Source: Eledone cirrhosa (taxonomy: Eukaryota). From it: a stretch of 64,000 bases of DNA. Below, one piece after another: positions 54,201-64,000 of this stretch (within the stretch, counting starts at the first letter, position 1; each line of letters starts with the position of its first letter). The notes beneath the pieces were generated by a model that was given only the letters and a program-made list of their open reading frames with translations, did not search any database and was not told the origin of the DNA. The DNA is taken from positions 233,926,001-233,990,000 of the forward strand of contig OZ024742.1 of NCBI GenBank assembly GCA_964016885.1. The letters run 5' to 3'. A program made the translations under genes and the position numbers.

Positions 54201-57200
54201 ATTACTGGATAGTGCCAAAGATCTCGATCCTATTTCATTGTCTTAGAGAGGTTCAAGTGTGCAAGGTCAGCTTTCATCACCTCGTCTCAGGTCTTTCTGG
54301 GTCTACCTACTCCATAGCTTCCATCAAATTTTGATTGCCCTGCACTTTTTTTATATAGCTGTCTTCCTTCATATGCATCACATGACCATACCAACGCAAT
54401 CTCCTTTCTAGTGAATTGCATCTGATCCCTCTTATGCCTATTCGTTTACGCTTTGCTGTTTGTGTATATTACTATCATTGAATAATTCTAACACACAATT
54501 GAAAAATATCTACCATACAATTCAATGTAATTGTCTTCCTTTATTAAGTATTTATAATGAATTGTTTCAAAAAATTACTATAAGATAAACAATAGAAATA
54601 TATTAACTATGTTTCATACTACCAGACACAAAAGATAAAATGTAATTCTGTTTATGTATGAACAGAATAGCATTAGTTTATGAGTATTGCCAGCAGCAAT
54701 TTAATTTAAAAAATTAAAGAACCAGTGAATAAAAATAAACTCACCAGTGCAGTGATAGTGGTAGTACTGGTGCAATGATAAAATGCACCCAATACACTAT
54801 GTAAAGTCATAGCACTACTGCCATGATAAAATGTTTCCAATACATACTGTAAAGTGGTAGTTCTGGTGTCATGATAAAAAGCCACCCATTACACTTTGTA
54901 AAGTGGTAATGCTGATGTCCCAATAAAATGCACCCAGTACACTTTGTAAAATAGTTGGCATCAGGAAAGGCATCCAGCTGTAGAAACCATGCCAAAAATA
55001 GAACAAGATGTGGCTCCAGAACCATTTTAGATTGCAATGATCTGTCTAACCCATGCCAGCATGAAAAACAAAAGTCAAATGATTATGATGATCATGAATT
55101 GTTAGAAAGAAGGACTTCTGATAATACCATTATAAAGGATAACACTGAAAGAGCAAAAGGAGTAAAAATATACACTATGAAAGTTAACTAGCCAAAGAAT
55201 GACTATTGAAGAAAATTCAGTGAAAAGTACCAAAGATGAAGTAACATAGAAAGTAAAAATAACAGAATTAAAATAAAAAAGATATAGATTAATAAAATAA
55301 AAGGATATGAAAGAGTAAATAAAGAGTAAACAATGAAAGTACTTGTAAAGTGTGAAATATTCTAAATAATGTTTTTTAAAAAAAAATGTTTTTGCTTTTT
55401 TTTTTGGGGGGGGGGGGGGTTTCAGCCCAAAACACTTTTATTATAAAAATGTAAATGCCTCATAAGTCTTCATTGACTTTTAAAGGCCTACTATTTAGCT
55501 CCAGTTATATGGTTTCAAGTAGATAAGAGATAAATCTTTCCCATGGATAAAATGCCAGTCTGTAATAGGTAACATGTTTCAATGATCTGTTGCTTAATCC
55601 TAACAACTAGATGAACAGGGGCATTGTAAAATAAAGCATTCTGTTCAGAAAGAAAGGAGCCAGCCATCAGATCAAACCAAAGAATCTAGGTTTCTATTGG
55701 TCTCTCTATTGCTGATACTGTGGCTGGATGCCACTTCACAGTATGTACCAGTTGTGTTTTATTGTGGTACCAGTTTTGTTTTATTGTGGCACCATCACTA
55801 CCACCTGACAGGGTGGACTAGATGCTTTTTATAGTGAAACCAACACTACTACTTTACAGTGTGAGCTGTGTGCACTTTGCTGTGACATCTGCACAACCAG
55901 TTTTTGTCATTAGAGCACTCATGTCATCCTTGGCCAAATTGGAAAGGTAGTGATGGGAATTGGGCTGTGAAATAGAGAGTGCTAAATAAGGAAAGGTAGA
56001 CTTACTATGGTAAGTCTGGACATCATTTTATAAAATAAATGATATATGCTAAAACAACAATATAGTATTATAAGAAATAGTGCAATACATGTGAAATATA
56101 TAGTTATAGACTAGATGTGGTATATACACCAGCTACATGTAAAATGCTAATTCATGTAATTTGCTGAAAGTAATAGTTGAAGTGAAATGATGTAAAAGGA
56201 TAAAATGTTATCTTACTGTTACATATGCTCCATTAGGAACTTTTGGAGTTTCAAATAGACATTCCTTCTCATCTGCTATTAATTTTTTACTATTGCACTC
56301 AGTTTCCTCCTTAGAAACTTCTTCATCTGCATCTGTAGAAACTGCTGAAATCTTATCTGAGTCTTTCTCTGTGCAAGATGCATTTGAAGGCATAACTTCA
56401 TCGTCATTTATTTTAATAGAATTTTCATTTTTATTCTCACTTATTTCTTCAAATAAGTTGTTTTTAGAGTCATCAACAGAGTTACAGGACTTGTCATTCT
56501 GCTGAAAATGTTCAATCTTATCTGCCGAACTCTCTTTAGTATCTTCAGCAACTTTATTGTCAGAAAATACCTCATTATCTTTTTCTTCATATTTTTTTGA
56601 ATCTAAAACACAATTGCCTTTGTGGAATTTTCTCTGTGGTGGTGGAGAATGACTTAATTCTATGGCTGCGTTCAAACAACCAATTTTCTGCATAATAGTT
56701 TCACTTGCACGGCGCTGACTTTTTGGAGTTAGAGGACCTTTCACCATGCTATTTTCAGTAGAAGAATTTACAGTTGATTCCTTATTGTTTTCAGCAGAAT
56801 GTACTGTTGATTCTTTATTATTTTCAATAGAATGTACTGTTGACTCGTTATTGTTTTCAATAGATGAATCTGATGATTTGTTTTTGTTTTCAGCAGCAGA
56901 ATTTATGGTTGATTCTTTGTTGTTTTCAGTAGAACAATCAACTTTTGATTTCTTGTTATTTTCTTTAGATGAATCAACTGAATCATGAGCAATATTAACA
57001 GAGTTCGAACCTGGTGCATTAAGATTATGAGCTCTAAGGGTTAATGGAGTTCTTTTACTTGGATTTAGATCCATAAGTTCCAACTGAAAAAGAAAAGTAA
57101 AAAAGATTTCAGTTGTAAAGATGGAGTATGCTAGTTAAACAAAAAGGCTTAAAAGACTATGATCAAGTAAACAGGAGATTAACACCTCTTTTGGACTTAT

Positions 57201-60200
57201 TTTCAAAATCTTCAGTTTCATTCAATCTGAATATCTACTGCAACTACCATCACCACTGCCTCAACCACTGCCATTACTACCATTACTTCCACCATTACTG
57301 TCACTGCCACCACCATTGCCACCACCACTACCAGTCACTGCCACTACCACCACACCACTGCTGCCACCACCTCTACCACCACTGCCAATTTCACCACCAT
57401 CACTACCACCACTGCCCTTCATCACCACCATTGCTGCTACCGCTGCCACTTCTACCACCACTGCCTCCGCCATCACCAACACAACCACCATTGTTGCCAC
57501 TACCACCACCACCACCATTGCAACCACTGCAGCCACTACCACCACTACCACCACCACCACCACTGCTACCACGACTACCACTGCTACCACCACCACCACT
57601 GCTACCACCACCATCACTACCACCACTGCCACCACCAGTAGTAATATGTAATCTTTCTTTGCTAGTAAATCTAGAAGATGATTGTAGTAGAACTACTCTA
57701 ACCTACATAGCTTCTAGGATTCATTGAAATATTGCCAAAAGTTAAACATTGAAAAATAAGACTTTATTCATAAATAGAAACTTGAATAAAAGTTTTGTTT
57801 CATTTAATTTGTTTTTTAGAAATTTCTCATAACAAAGGTTAAAAGAAAAAGGAAACATAGTGGCATGTAAAAGCTTGACCAAAATATATTTTCTTTCAAC
57901 TATTAGTTATTTACTAGAGGAAGAAATGAAATCTAGCAGGTTGATGAAGAAAATGCAGATTATAGGAAAAAGTGGAGAAGCTTGCTATGGGACTCCCAAA
58001 TCTAACACCTGCTATGGCAGGAAATATGTCTTTAAAATGCTTGTTGTTAGTTATTTAATAACTAATAATTAAAAGAAACTATAGCCCCATGTCAACTTTT
58101 GACTGATCAAGACTTTTCAACTGTGACCACTCTATCTTATTTTCAGGAATGATGTATCTAGGACATTATTCAATGTGTCCTTCCTTTTATCAAGATGGTA
58201 CATCATCATCATCATCATTTTACGTCCGCGTTTCCCTGCTTGCAAGGGTGGGACAGGAACTGATTCTGGCTTGATTTCTACAGCTGGATGCCCTTCCTAA
58301 CACCAACCTCATTTACAGTGAGTGCTGGGTGCTTTTTTTCCGTGGCGCCTACACGTCCACTTTACAGTGTGGGCTGGGTGCTGTTTTTGCCGTGGCACCT
58401 CCACGACCACTTTGCAGTGGAATGACAGGGACCCCAGTCCCTATCATCTCATTTCTACAGCTGAGTAAACTGGAGCAATGTGAAATAAAGTGTCTTGCTC
58501 AAGGAAACAACACATCACCCGGTCTGAGAATTGAACTCACAACCTTTCGATTGCAAGGCCAATGCTCTAACCACTAAGCCATGTGCCTCCAGTGTGAATT
58601 AAAGGAGGTTTGGCTGTTATTTTTAGTAGAATGAGTGACAAATTAAGGCACTCTCATTGCTTTGACACTGTGATTAAAGAAAGATTATGAATGTAAACTC
58701 GACATAATAGACAAAAACGGATCAGTATATTTTACGAAAATTAAATTTTTTCTAATCATTATTTCCACTTACAGCAGAGTATGAAACATCATGAACATAT
58801 ATAAATCAGTATTTGAGACGGTTCTTGATGGCTTTTGGGGATCGATTGCTTCCCAGGAGGGCCAGCCAGTTGGGGAAGGGGTATACTATCTATCAGTTGT
58901 AACTCTTGGAAGAAACATCACAATGCATCTTATCCAACTCTTTTTAATAATTCTGCCTATCCTACACCCTGCTGAATTGGTACTTTATTCATCAACCCTG
59001 AAAGGATGAAAGGCAAAGTTGACCTTGGATGAAACTTAAATATTTGACATAAATTCTGTTCAAGTTCCATCATACAAAAATGTTGTTCTGCATCAGCCTT
59101 ATTGTGTTAGAAATTTTATAAAGGGATTTAATGTTGACTAGCTGTTTTGGGGTTTATGGAAATCTAAAAAGTTAGGCATTCTCTTTAGAGTTCTTTAAAC
59201 CCTAATAACTTTTGAGAAAATATCTATATGGATCATTAAAGAAATTCTTCTAATATCCCATCCAATCTGGCAGTCTGCATAGATAGATAGACAACATAAA
59301 TAAATATTAGTTGGGATTTCTAAATTTTATAATAAAAAATATTAAAATATTTCCTTACTTCTGTAAAATTATATATCTATAACTATAGATTAAGTTGAAA
59401 CTTACTGGTTTGTTTTCTCCTGCTAACCATTCAGATGCTTGCATTGATGGCAGTCCATTAGGGACCTCTGGAAAAATATCAGCATGGTATTCTCTATAGG
59501 ACTAAATATAAAATAAAATATTCACATTTATCATATTTAGTATGAACATAGAAAACAAAATATTGGTGTAACATGAGATTTCAAACAGAATAAACTTGAT
59601 AAACATATATAAAATTTATAGAAGTATATATCATCATTCCAAGGTAAGTCAATAGATGAAATGCATTCTGGGTTTAAATTATACTGGAGATGAATTAGCC
59701 TCTAATCTTTCCAAGATTAATAAAATCAGCACCTGTAATATACTAGAATTAATTTAATCACCACCTATACCCTTCCTCTACCAATATTACAAAAATAAAT
59801 ACAAATTACAACAAATATACCACTAGCTGATTCTTTTCTTAGTTTTAAAAGAAATAAGATAAATAAATTTAGTATAAACAATCTTAGGGAATACACCAGA
59901 GATACATTTACAAATTCAAGGAAATATATCTAGTCTCTATAGTTACTTAAAAGCTGTTAATGTTATATATGGGTTACATATATCAAATAGCCAATCGTTA
60001 TATGAATCACATCCAATTGCCTAGTCTATACTAATGTTACACCCAGCAATCCTGTTCTTAAAACAGTTATGTCAACTGTTTAGACCCTATATAAATCACC
60101 TCAAATTGCCACCTCTTTAAAACAGCTAAATTCAATTGTATAAATCTTATATCAACATCAATCTAGTGAATTTTGTATTTAGATAAAATAAATTAATGTG

Positions 60201-63161
60201 ACTATATGTGTGAGAGAGGATGAGATAGACAGGGGAAAGAGAAAGAAAAAGAAGGTAAGAAGTTAAAAGGTTAATTTAATTTAAAACTATGCATTAAGAA
60301 TAGGCAATAATGGTTAACTTACTTTCCTGGGAACAATATAAGGTGTTGAAATAATTGCATTTTTAGTGAGAAGAATTAGTCTATTTATCTCTCCTTTCAT
60401 TACATCTAAAGCTTGTTTCGGGACCGCAGCAGCTCCTTTAATTTGTTCTGTACGATCAGCAGCCACTGAAATCAAAGAACATCAAATGGATTTGAAATAT
60501 GGATATATATTGCTTACATATAACCTTTTGATACCAACCCACCCAAAATTGGCTTTGGTTCTATGAAACAAAATCACCTATTTTAAAGGGTTCTTATTTA
60601 AATTTTCCAACATAATTTTATATAAGAGCAATATGTTAAGTTATTATCTTAGTAATGAAATGATTAATAATTTTAGTAAATCTCACGAAATTCTTCAAAC
60701 ATTAATTGAACTAGATTGTTTCATGAGAAATACAGTGCAAAAATGGTTCAAATGTGTTCAAAGAATGGGAGAGTTGGAGAAAAAAAAGGGAGAAGATGAA
60801 AAAAAGAGCAAGAAAAAGTGAAAAGATTTCTTACATTCTATGATAATTTCCATTAAACAGAAATGACTCAACAATAAAAGCACAACTGAATCTATCAAAG
60901 TGTTAACTAGGAATTTCGGTTAAGTCCTGTCTGGTGCTTGTTTTGTTTTAAATTTTTTTTTTTTTCTGTTTTAAATTTACACATATGATTTAGAGAAGTG
61001 TCATCATTTGAAATAGTTTGGAAAAACATTAGCTTTAAAATAGTAAATTTATGTAAGATATATGAATAAATAATTCTGGTCTATTACCACCTAATTACAT
61101 TTGTTTGGTAGATTAATTTCCTAAATTACAGTTGTTAAATCCCTTGAATGAATCGAAATCTCACTGTTTGTAAGAGAAACAATTAGCAAGTAAAATGATT
61201 ATTTCCATAGAGGAGTTACCATATATACTCAAATATAAACTGATTTGAATATAAGCCAACCCTCTATTTATGTCTGAAAAATAGGCAAAAATCTAAACTC
61301 CAATAATACAACAAGGCAAGTAATCAACACATTATGTTTAGATGGTGTATTTTTGAGGCCCTCATTCATGAAGTTTTAATAATTTGATAGTTAAAATGTT
61401 TTAAGTGTAGTTTAGAGTATAGTTTTTGTTTCACAACTCCACAACTTACCAAAATCTGACCATTTTGAAGGCCATATTCATTCAAAACATATCAAAACAT
61501 TAGGAAATACGAATTTCATGTCGAAAGAGAAACCAGTGAAATATTCACCTCCAAAGCAAAAATATTTTAACACCTCAGTTAGGTAGAATTTTGAAGTTGA
61601 TGGGAAAATCACATATTTCTTGACTTATATACAGTATATGTATACTTTGAAAATAGCAATGTATGCATTCACACATATATAAATACAAAAAACATATACA
61701 GCCACATAAAAACTTTAAAGTAAACTTGAAAACAAACCATCTGTAATATATGGGGCTCGATCGGTATATTCCAGAAATCTTAATGTATTGTCCCCCTAAA
61801 TAATAAATGGAGAAAATTGAGAAATGTCAATAGTTGTTAATGATATAGAGAAAAACTGAGATAAAGTAGTTATAATAAATAGACATATGACCACATCATA
61901 TACAATGAAATAAAAGTTGAATATTATATAAGCATTTGGGCTAGAGTTCATTTTAATTCATCATCAGCATGGCTTAGCTTCACTGTTGAAGATTTATGAA
62001 GGGGTTTGCTCATGTCTATTACAGGCTCACTGACCAGACCACTAGAAGACAGACACACCCAGCCACAACTGCGACGGAAATTCTGTTCGAGGCTTGGTAT
62101 TGTTGTGCCACATTTCTTCCTCCAACTCATTTTGTCCTCAACATCAGCCCTGTAAGCTAGAGTTCTTATTAGTTGGAGATAAATTAAACAGTGTAATACT
62201 AAGACTATTCTATTACTGCCTGCATCTAACATGATTGACATCATAAGTTATGCTACTACACACAGTCTATAATGTGATCTAATTATTACTATTTAGCCCA
62301 AAATCAGCCTGATTGAGTAGACTTATACTCAAAAGCATTCCAGTTATGACCATCCTGTTGTTTTGGGGATACACTTCAGAAATGCTTTGTAGTATTTGTT
62401 CCAGCTCTCTGCACTCAAATCCTACAAAAACTAAATCTGACTTTTATCAATAAAATAAAATACCAGTTCAAGCAGTGGATTATTGGAATTGTTAGAGTGT
62501 CAGATGAGATGCCTTGCAGTATTTGTTCTTTGCGTTTTTTATTCAATTCCCACTAAAGACTACTTAGATAGACTTCATCAGTCACCCAGTTCAATACCAC
62601 CACCTGGCCCTTAAATGCCTTTAGCAGAGTCCACTCTGTTGCAAGTATTCAGTCACCAGTTTGAGGATACCTTCCATTCTTCTTAGAAACCCTTCCCTCT
62701 CCTATTAAACAGTAAAAAGAAAAACTTTAAAGAAATATGTAGATAATTCAATGCATCCTCTTACACTTTTTTTAAAAACAGTAGTGTACAATTTCTAGGA
62801 GGTTCAATGACCATTTAGAAGTATACAGCAGACATGAGTTTGATTCCCACATGCAACTCTGTCCACTTTTTCCAATGCTAAGGGTGTGTATGCCCAACAC
62901 GTTAGACTACTTAATAGCCAAACCTATAATGTAGTAGTTTACAATAAACTAACATACTTTAAAAACTAGATATCTTGTTTGGAAGAAAAGAACATTTCCC
63001 TTATAATTTGATTGAAAAAATATATTTTCTCTCATATGTTTTGCTTTCTCATTGTTATAATTAAATTGAGAAAAGTACAAATGTGAAAAGTTTAAGTTTA
63101 GCATACCTTTCCAACAAGGAATAACATATTGGTCCTGTCATCAAAAAATGGTATGAAGACA
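27240..63161 (-). CDS. CORO7: Coronin-7 (POD1 orthologue), 5'-partial: 18 coding exons and 892 aa in window
   Basis: Tandem coronin architecture: end of propeller 1 (PFFDDRTNMLFLVGKGDN...YIVPRKSYREYHADIFP...EWLAGEN), long linker, second propeller (KFKHL...WDPFND...GHQEKIYFVRFHPLAKDILASASYD...VPRVKSNFFQDDLFPDT) and acidic tail LEQDLTEGVDPDEWEE*. All 17 introns GT-AG with consistent phases. Confidence 0.96.
28681..28767 (-). CDS. CORO7: CORO7 penultimate coding exon (LIKAMTSKLDVRDDPLEQDLTEGVDPDEW)
   Basis: tgcttag|CTG...TGG|gtatgt, 87 nt; central/acidic tail ending in Trp. Confidence 0.94.
29261..29658 (+). mobile_element. CR1 LINE 3' UTR-only insertion with three terminal repeat units
   Basis: Near-identical to 46483-46738 plus one extra unit; each unit ends GTGCACCTG(A/G)GCACTGTACACAA...(ATT)n. 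Confidence 0.85.
30411..30792 (-). mobile_element. Full-length tRNA-derived SINE
   Basis: GGAGGCACATGGCTTAGTGG (A-box)...GAGTTCAATTC (B-box)...GGAAAGGCATCCAGCTG...(GAT)n; close to 58201-58591. Confidence 0.88.
31500..34667 (+). mobile_element. Near full-length decayed RTE-clade LINE (APE endonuclease, RT, PHD-like finger)
   Basis: NIGTLKG...DVCCVQEVRW (APE), AGDFN, QFGFMPG, LYLAFVDLEKVFDRVP, LLYVDDL and SCSIC..CTQC..H..C..C; many stops and frameshifts. Confidence 0.92.
34668..35083. mobile_element. Fold-back MITE-like element, about 185-bp imperfect arms, TA-flanked
   Basis: TAGAATTAAGGTG...CACCTTAATTCTA with a spacer of about 47 bp. Confidence 0.8.
35090..35395 (+). mobile_element. Rearranged PLE-like terminal modules with the 3' half of a hammerhead
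   Basis: Shares modules with 41229-41545; TCTGC-GAAA-CATGTG-TA-ACAGGT at 35200-35222. Confidence 0.6.
35543..35880 (-). mobile_element. Penelope-like 3' tail with degenerate minimal hammerhead (35599-35630)
   Basis: On -: TC-CTGAAGA-AGAAC-TTCT-GTCC-AAAA-CG-TT-GA (GAAA changed to AAAA); it terminates in (TA)n. Confidence 0.6.
35903..36165 (+). mobile_element. R4/Dong-clade LINE C-terminal (restriction-like endonuclease) fragment within (TAA)n
   Basis: KKCLLIDVSIPRD..I..KETEK.SKYKDLEIEI..MW...IIIGAL; (AAT)n on both sides. Confidence 0.75.
37958..39430 (+). mobile_element. 5'-truncated, relatively young RTE-clade LINE (RT C-half, PHD-like finger, composite 3' end)
   Basis: [30 protein letters not shown] finger, LHGSETW, LRWMC, WYGHVIRM and GRPRKTW, with few lesions. 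Confidence 0.93.
41239..41330 (+). ncRNA. Type I minimal hammerhead ribozyme candidate (PLE-associated)
   Basis: Stem I ACCAGT/ACTGGT, core CTGAGGA, stem II GCAGA...TCAGT (TCTGC in the 35200 copy), then GAAA-C-ACGC-G-TA with predicted cleavage after 41324. Confidence 0.65.
41656..41747 (-). CDS. CORO7: CORO7 exon (SKAPTLVVKPKKYDSSDPETYKTDEMKKNE)
   Basis: ctttccag|TG...GAG|gtatgt, 92 nt. Confidence 0.93.
42804..42939 (-). CDS. CORO7: CORO7 exon (SNFFQDDLFPDTKVMWEPALSGSDWLSG...SLKPDNMES)
   Basis: ctaccag|AGT...TCCT|gtaagt, 136 nt. Confidence 0.95.
44525..44731 (-). CDS. CORO7: CORO7 exon (GDGTIFAYEV...PVSFKVPRVK)
   Basis: cttgcag|GGA...AAG|gtatgt, 207 nt. Confidence 0.95.
44913..45051 (-). 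CDS. CORO7: CORO7 exon (MSHRKLFLYDAQ...ILVPHYDEDSSTLFVTGR)
   Basis: cctttag|A...CGG|gtaaat, 139 nt. Confidence 0.95.
45800..46738 (+). mobile_element. 5'-truncated CR1-clade LINE (RT C-terminus and 3' UTR)
   Basis: ERDLGITVSNDLRW...V*PHLEFASSVWNPY...VQRRATK...TRGHAYK...FFTLRVAEAWNKLP; (ATT)n tail. Confidence 0.92.
47001..47086 (-). CDS. CORO7: CORO7 exon (EGTGPSGSRGARVVWTLNGKFLVASGFD)
   Basis: tttgcag|GAA...GACAA|gtaagt, 86 nt. Confidence 0.95.
47752..47856 (-). CDS. CORO7: CORO7 exon (IFTLDWSPCGKKCATVCKDGKIRVYEPRISTEPIK)
   Basis: tttgcag|ATT...AAG|gtaatt, 105 nt. Confidence 0.95.
47935..48355 (-). mobile_element. SINE-tail element with six internal ~48-bp tandem units
   Basis: Unit approximately ACCACCTTACAGGGTGGACTGGGTGCATTTTATCATGACTCCAGTACT; relatives at about 40385-40835, 42980-43250, 48503-48810, 51580-51825, 54745-55095 and 55715-55905. 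Confidence 0.75.
48930..49072 (-). CDS. CORO7: CORO7 exon (HQEKIYFVRFHPLAKDILASASYDMTVKIWDL...GHTGQ)
   Basis: tttccag|GC...CAG|gtgaga, 143 nt; WD40 repeat. Confidence 0.96.
49742..49828 (-). CDS. CORO7: CORO7 exon (CDDAKIRVWNIPEDGLKDTMNEPEFYLI)
   Basis: ttgcag|CC...ATTG|gtagga, 87 nt. Confidence 0.95.
50817..50925 (-). CDS. CORO7: CORO7 exon (LNKPCRLPDCGIPILQHGTNVTDFVWDPFNDQRLVV)
   Basis: ttctag|TTG...GTTG|gtatgt, 109 nt. Confidence 0.95.
51999..52177 (-). CDS. CORO7: CORO7 exon (IRQLKFKHLKANTLKKEHH...GGCIAIFE)
   Basis: ccttcag|AT...GAG|gtaatt, 179 nt; KFKH coronin signature of the second propeller. Confidence 0.95.
53596..53677 (-). CDS. CORO7: CORO7 exon (CKDKVKEETPEKTVPAKKNPSTPSRFM)
   Basis: ttttag|TGT...ATGA|gtaagt, 82 nt; supplies the phase change from 0 to 1 needed by the next exon. 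Confidence 0.85.
53723..54470 (-). mobile_element. RTE LINE 3' fragment with an internal minisatellite
   Basis: GIRGIRC..L.WYGHV..M...GRPRKT on -, followed by the composite tail. Confidence 0.85.
53971..54116. repeat. Minisatellite: six perfect 23-bp units GGTGGTGTGGACATAAGTGGGAG plus a partial unit
   Basis: Units start at 53971, 53994, 54017, 54040, 54063 and 54086. Confidence 0.95.
56217..57083 (-). CDS. CORO7: CORO7 giant linker exon (289 aa, rich in S/E/N/K, internal 11-12 aa repeats)
   Basis: tttttcag|TTG GAA CTT ATG...GTA ACA|gtaaga; 867-nt open frame that continues coronin-like LELMDLNP; phase 0-0 matches both neighbouring exons. Confidence 0.85.
57240..57640. repeat. Degenerate (CCA/CTA)n triplet low-complexity tract in a CORO7 intron
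   Basis: Read directly; it explains the poly-T, poly-P and poly-V ORFs in the track. Confidence 0.9.
58201..58590 (-). mobile_element. Full-length tRNA-derived SINE
   Basis: A-box TGGCTTAGTGG, B-box GAGTTCAATTC, internal tandem units, GGAAGGGCATCCAGCTGTAG core and (GAT)n tail. Confidence 0.9.
59406..59501 (-). CDS. CORO7: CORO7 exon (SYREYHADIFPEVPNGLPSMQASEWLAGENKP)
   Basis: atttag|TCC...CCA|gtaagt, 96 nt. Confidence 0.94.
60323..60465 (-). CDS. CORO7: CORO7 exon (AADRTEQIKGAAAVPKQALDVMKGEINRLILLTKNAIISTPYIVPRK)
   Basis: tttcag|TG...AAA|gtaagt, 143 nt. Confidence 0.94.
61738..61795 (-). CDS. CORO7: CORO7 exon (GDNTLRFLEYTDRAPYITD)
   Basis: tttag|GGG...GATG|gtttgt, 58 nt. Confidence 0.9.
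63107..63161 (-). CDS. CORO7: CORO7 exon (VFIPFFDDRTNMLFLVGK)
   Basis: tttttag|T...AAG|gtatgc, 55 nt. Confidence 0.92.
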
Positions 63162-64000
63162 CTAAAAAATATAATAATGAATAAAACTTAAGCAAAATGT
63201 TAATGTGGAGCTGATTCTTTTGATATAATATATAATGGAATCGTTATCAAAAATACCGAAAAGAGAAAAAAGAATTCATTTTCTATTAGAGGGTGCAGTC
63301 TATACATGTAGATTAACTTCACACATTCCAGGAATGATATATATTGCATGTATATAGAAAGACTGCAAATTTATTAAAGATGTTTATACAATTTTTTTCA
63401 CATTAAAAGGAGAAACAATAAAAACACTAATAATCACTAGTGAAATAATTGAAAATATTATGAGTGAAAATATAAAATATATATAATTACAGAAATTTAG
63501 AACTAGAATACAAATTTACAACTTTCTTATTGAATCTAAATAAGTTTTTTTTTTAATACAGACAGATATGCATACATATAATATACACACATCACCACCC
63601 TTTTCCCTGCTAACAATGGTTGGATGGGCTGTAACAGACCAAGTCAGAACTCAAGTGGAGCTACTGACCTCACAGGTGGGTCAGGAACCTGTATCTTACG
63701 TACATTACCACACTCTACAAAGTGCTCAGACAGACTGGAGGCTGGCATCTTCCTTACATATGTTCCCACACTTTACTCAGTGCATTTTATCATGGCAGCA
63801 GTACTAGGGTGGTGGTCATGTCTTTGACACAGCTGAAAGTCATCCAAACCCTTTATTTGGCAAGTTTTCTACAACTTGCTGGCCTTTCTATTACCAACCG
63901 CTTTACAGAGTGTACTGAGTGCATTTATCTTGTAGCTCACCACTACCAAAGAGGTTGTCATGTCTATTTTACACAACTGATGACTCTTTTCAACCCTTTT

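Noticed and set aside
56293-56988. Plus-strand ORFs of 70-80 aa
   Set aside because: Antisense shadows of the CORO7 linker exon
57128-57727. Long poly-Pro, poly-Thr, poly-His and poly-Val ORFs
   Set aside because: By-products of a (CCA)n low-complexity tract inside a CORO7 intron; no convincing splice sites
58515-58590. Possible tRNA gene (A and B boxes; also 30715-30792 and 10520-10580)
   Set aside because: No complete cloverleaf or acceptor stem, and continuous with SINE body and tail
61948-62244. 98-aa ORF or possible extra CORO7 exon
   Set aside because: The flanking exons (63107 and 61795) join directly to give the conserved VGK-GD motif, and the ORF has no coronin similarity

Overview
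Eukaryotic, AT-rich, intron- and repeat-rich genomic DNA. The SINE and LINE families point to a coleoid cephalopod, probably Octopus (inference). Two convergent spliced genes were rebuilt by hand with consistent GT-AG junctions and frames. The first is a complete 5-exon UFM1 on + (9592-15497, 86 aa, start codon split by intron 1). The second is the last 18 coding exons of coronin-7 (CORO7/POD1) on - (27240-63161, 892 aa in window, 5' end outside the window), including an unusual 867-nt phase 0-0 linker exon with internal repeats. The rest is transposon debris: RTE-clade LINEs with a PHD-type (C4HC3) finger downstream of the RT catalytic motif and a SINE-like composite 3' end; CR1, CRE, R4/Dong and Jockey-like fragments; a Gypsy remnant; mariner; piggyBac- and hAT-like MITEs; tRNA-derived SINEs; and Penelope-like (PLE) remnants at (TA)n tracts with minimal hammerhead ribozyme motifs and fold-back palindromes. 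Most ORFs in the supplied track are spurious. No CRISPR array, rRNA or intact tRNA gene was found. All family assignments come from manual motif recognition, not database searches.
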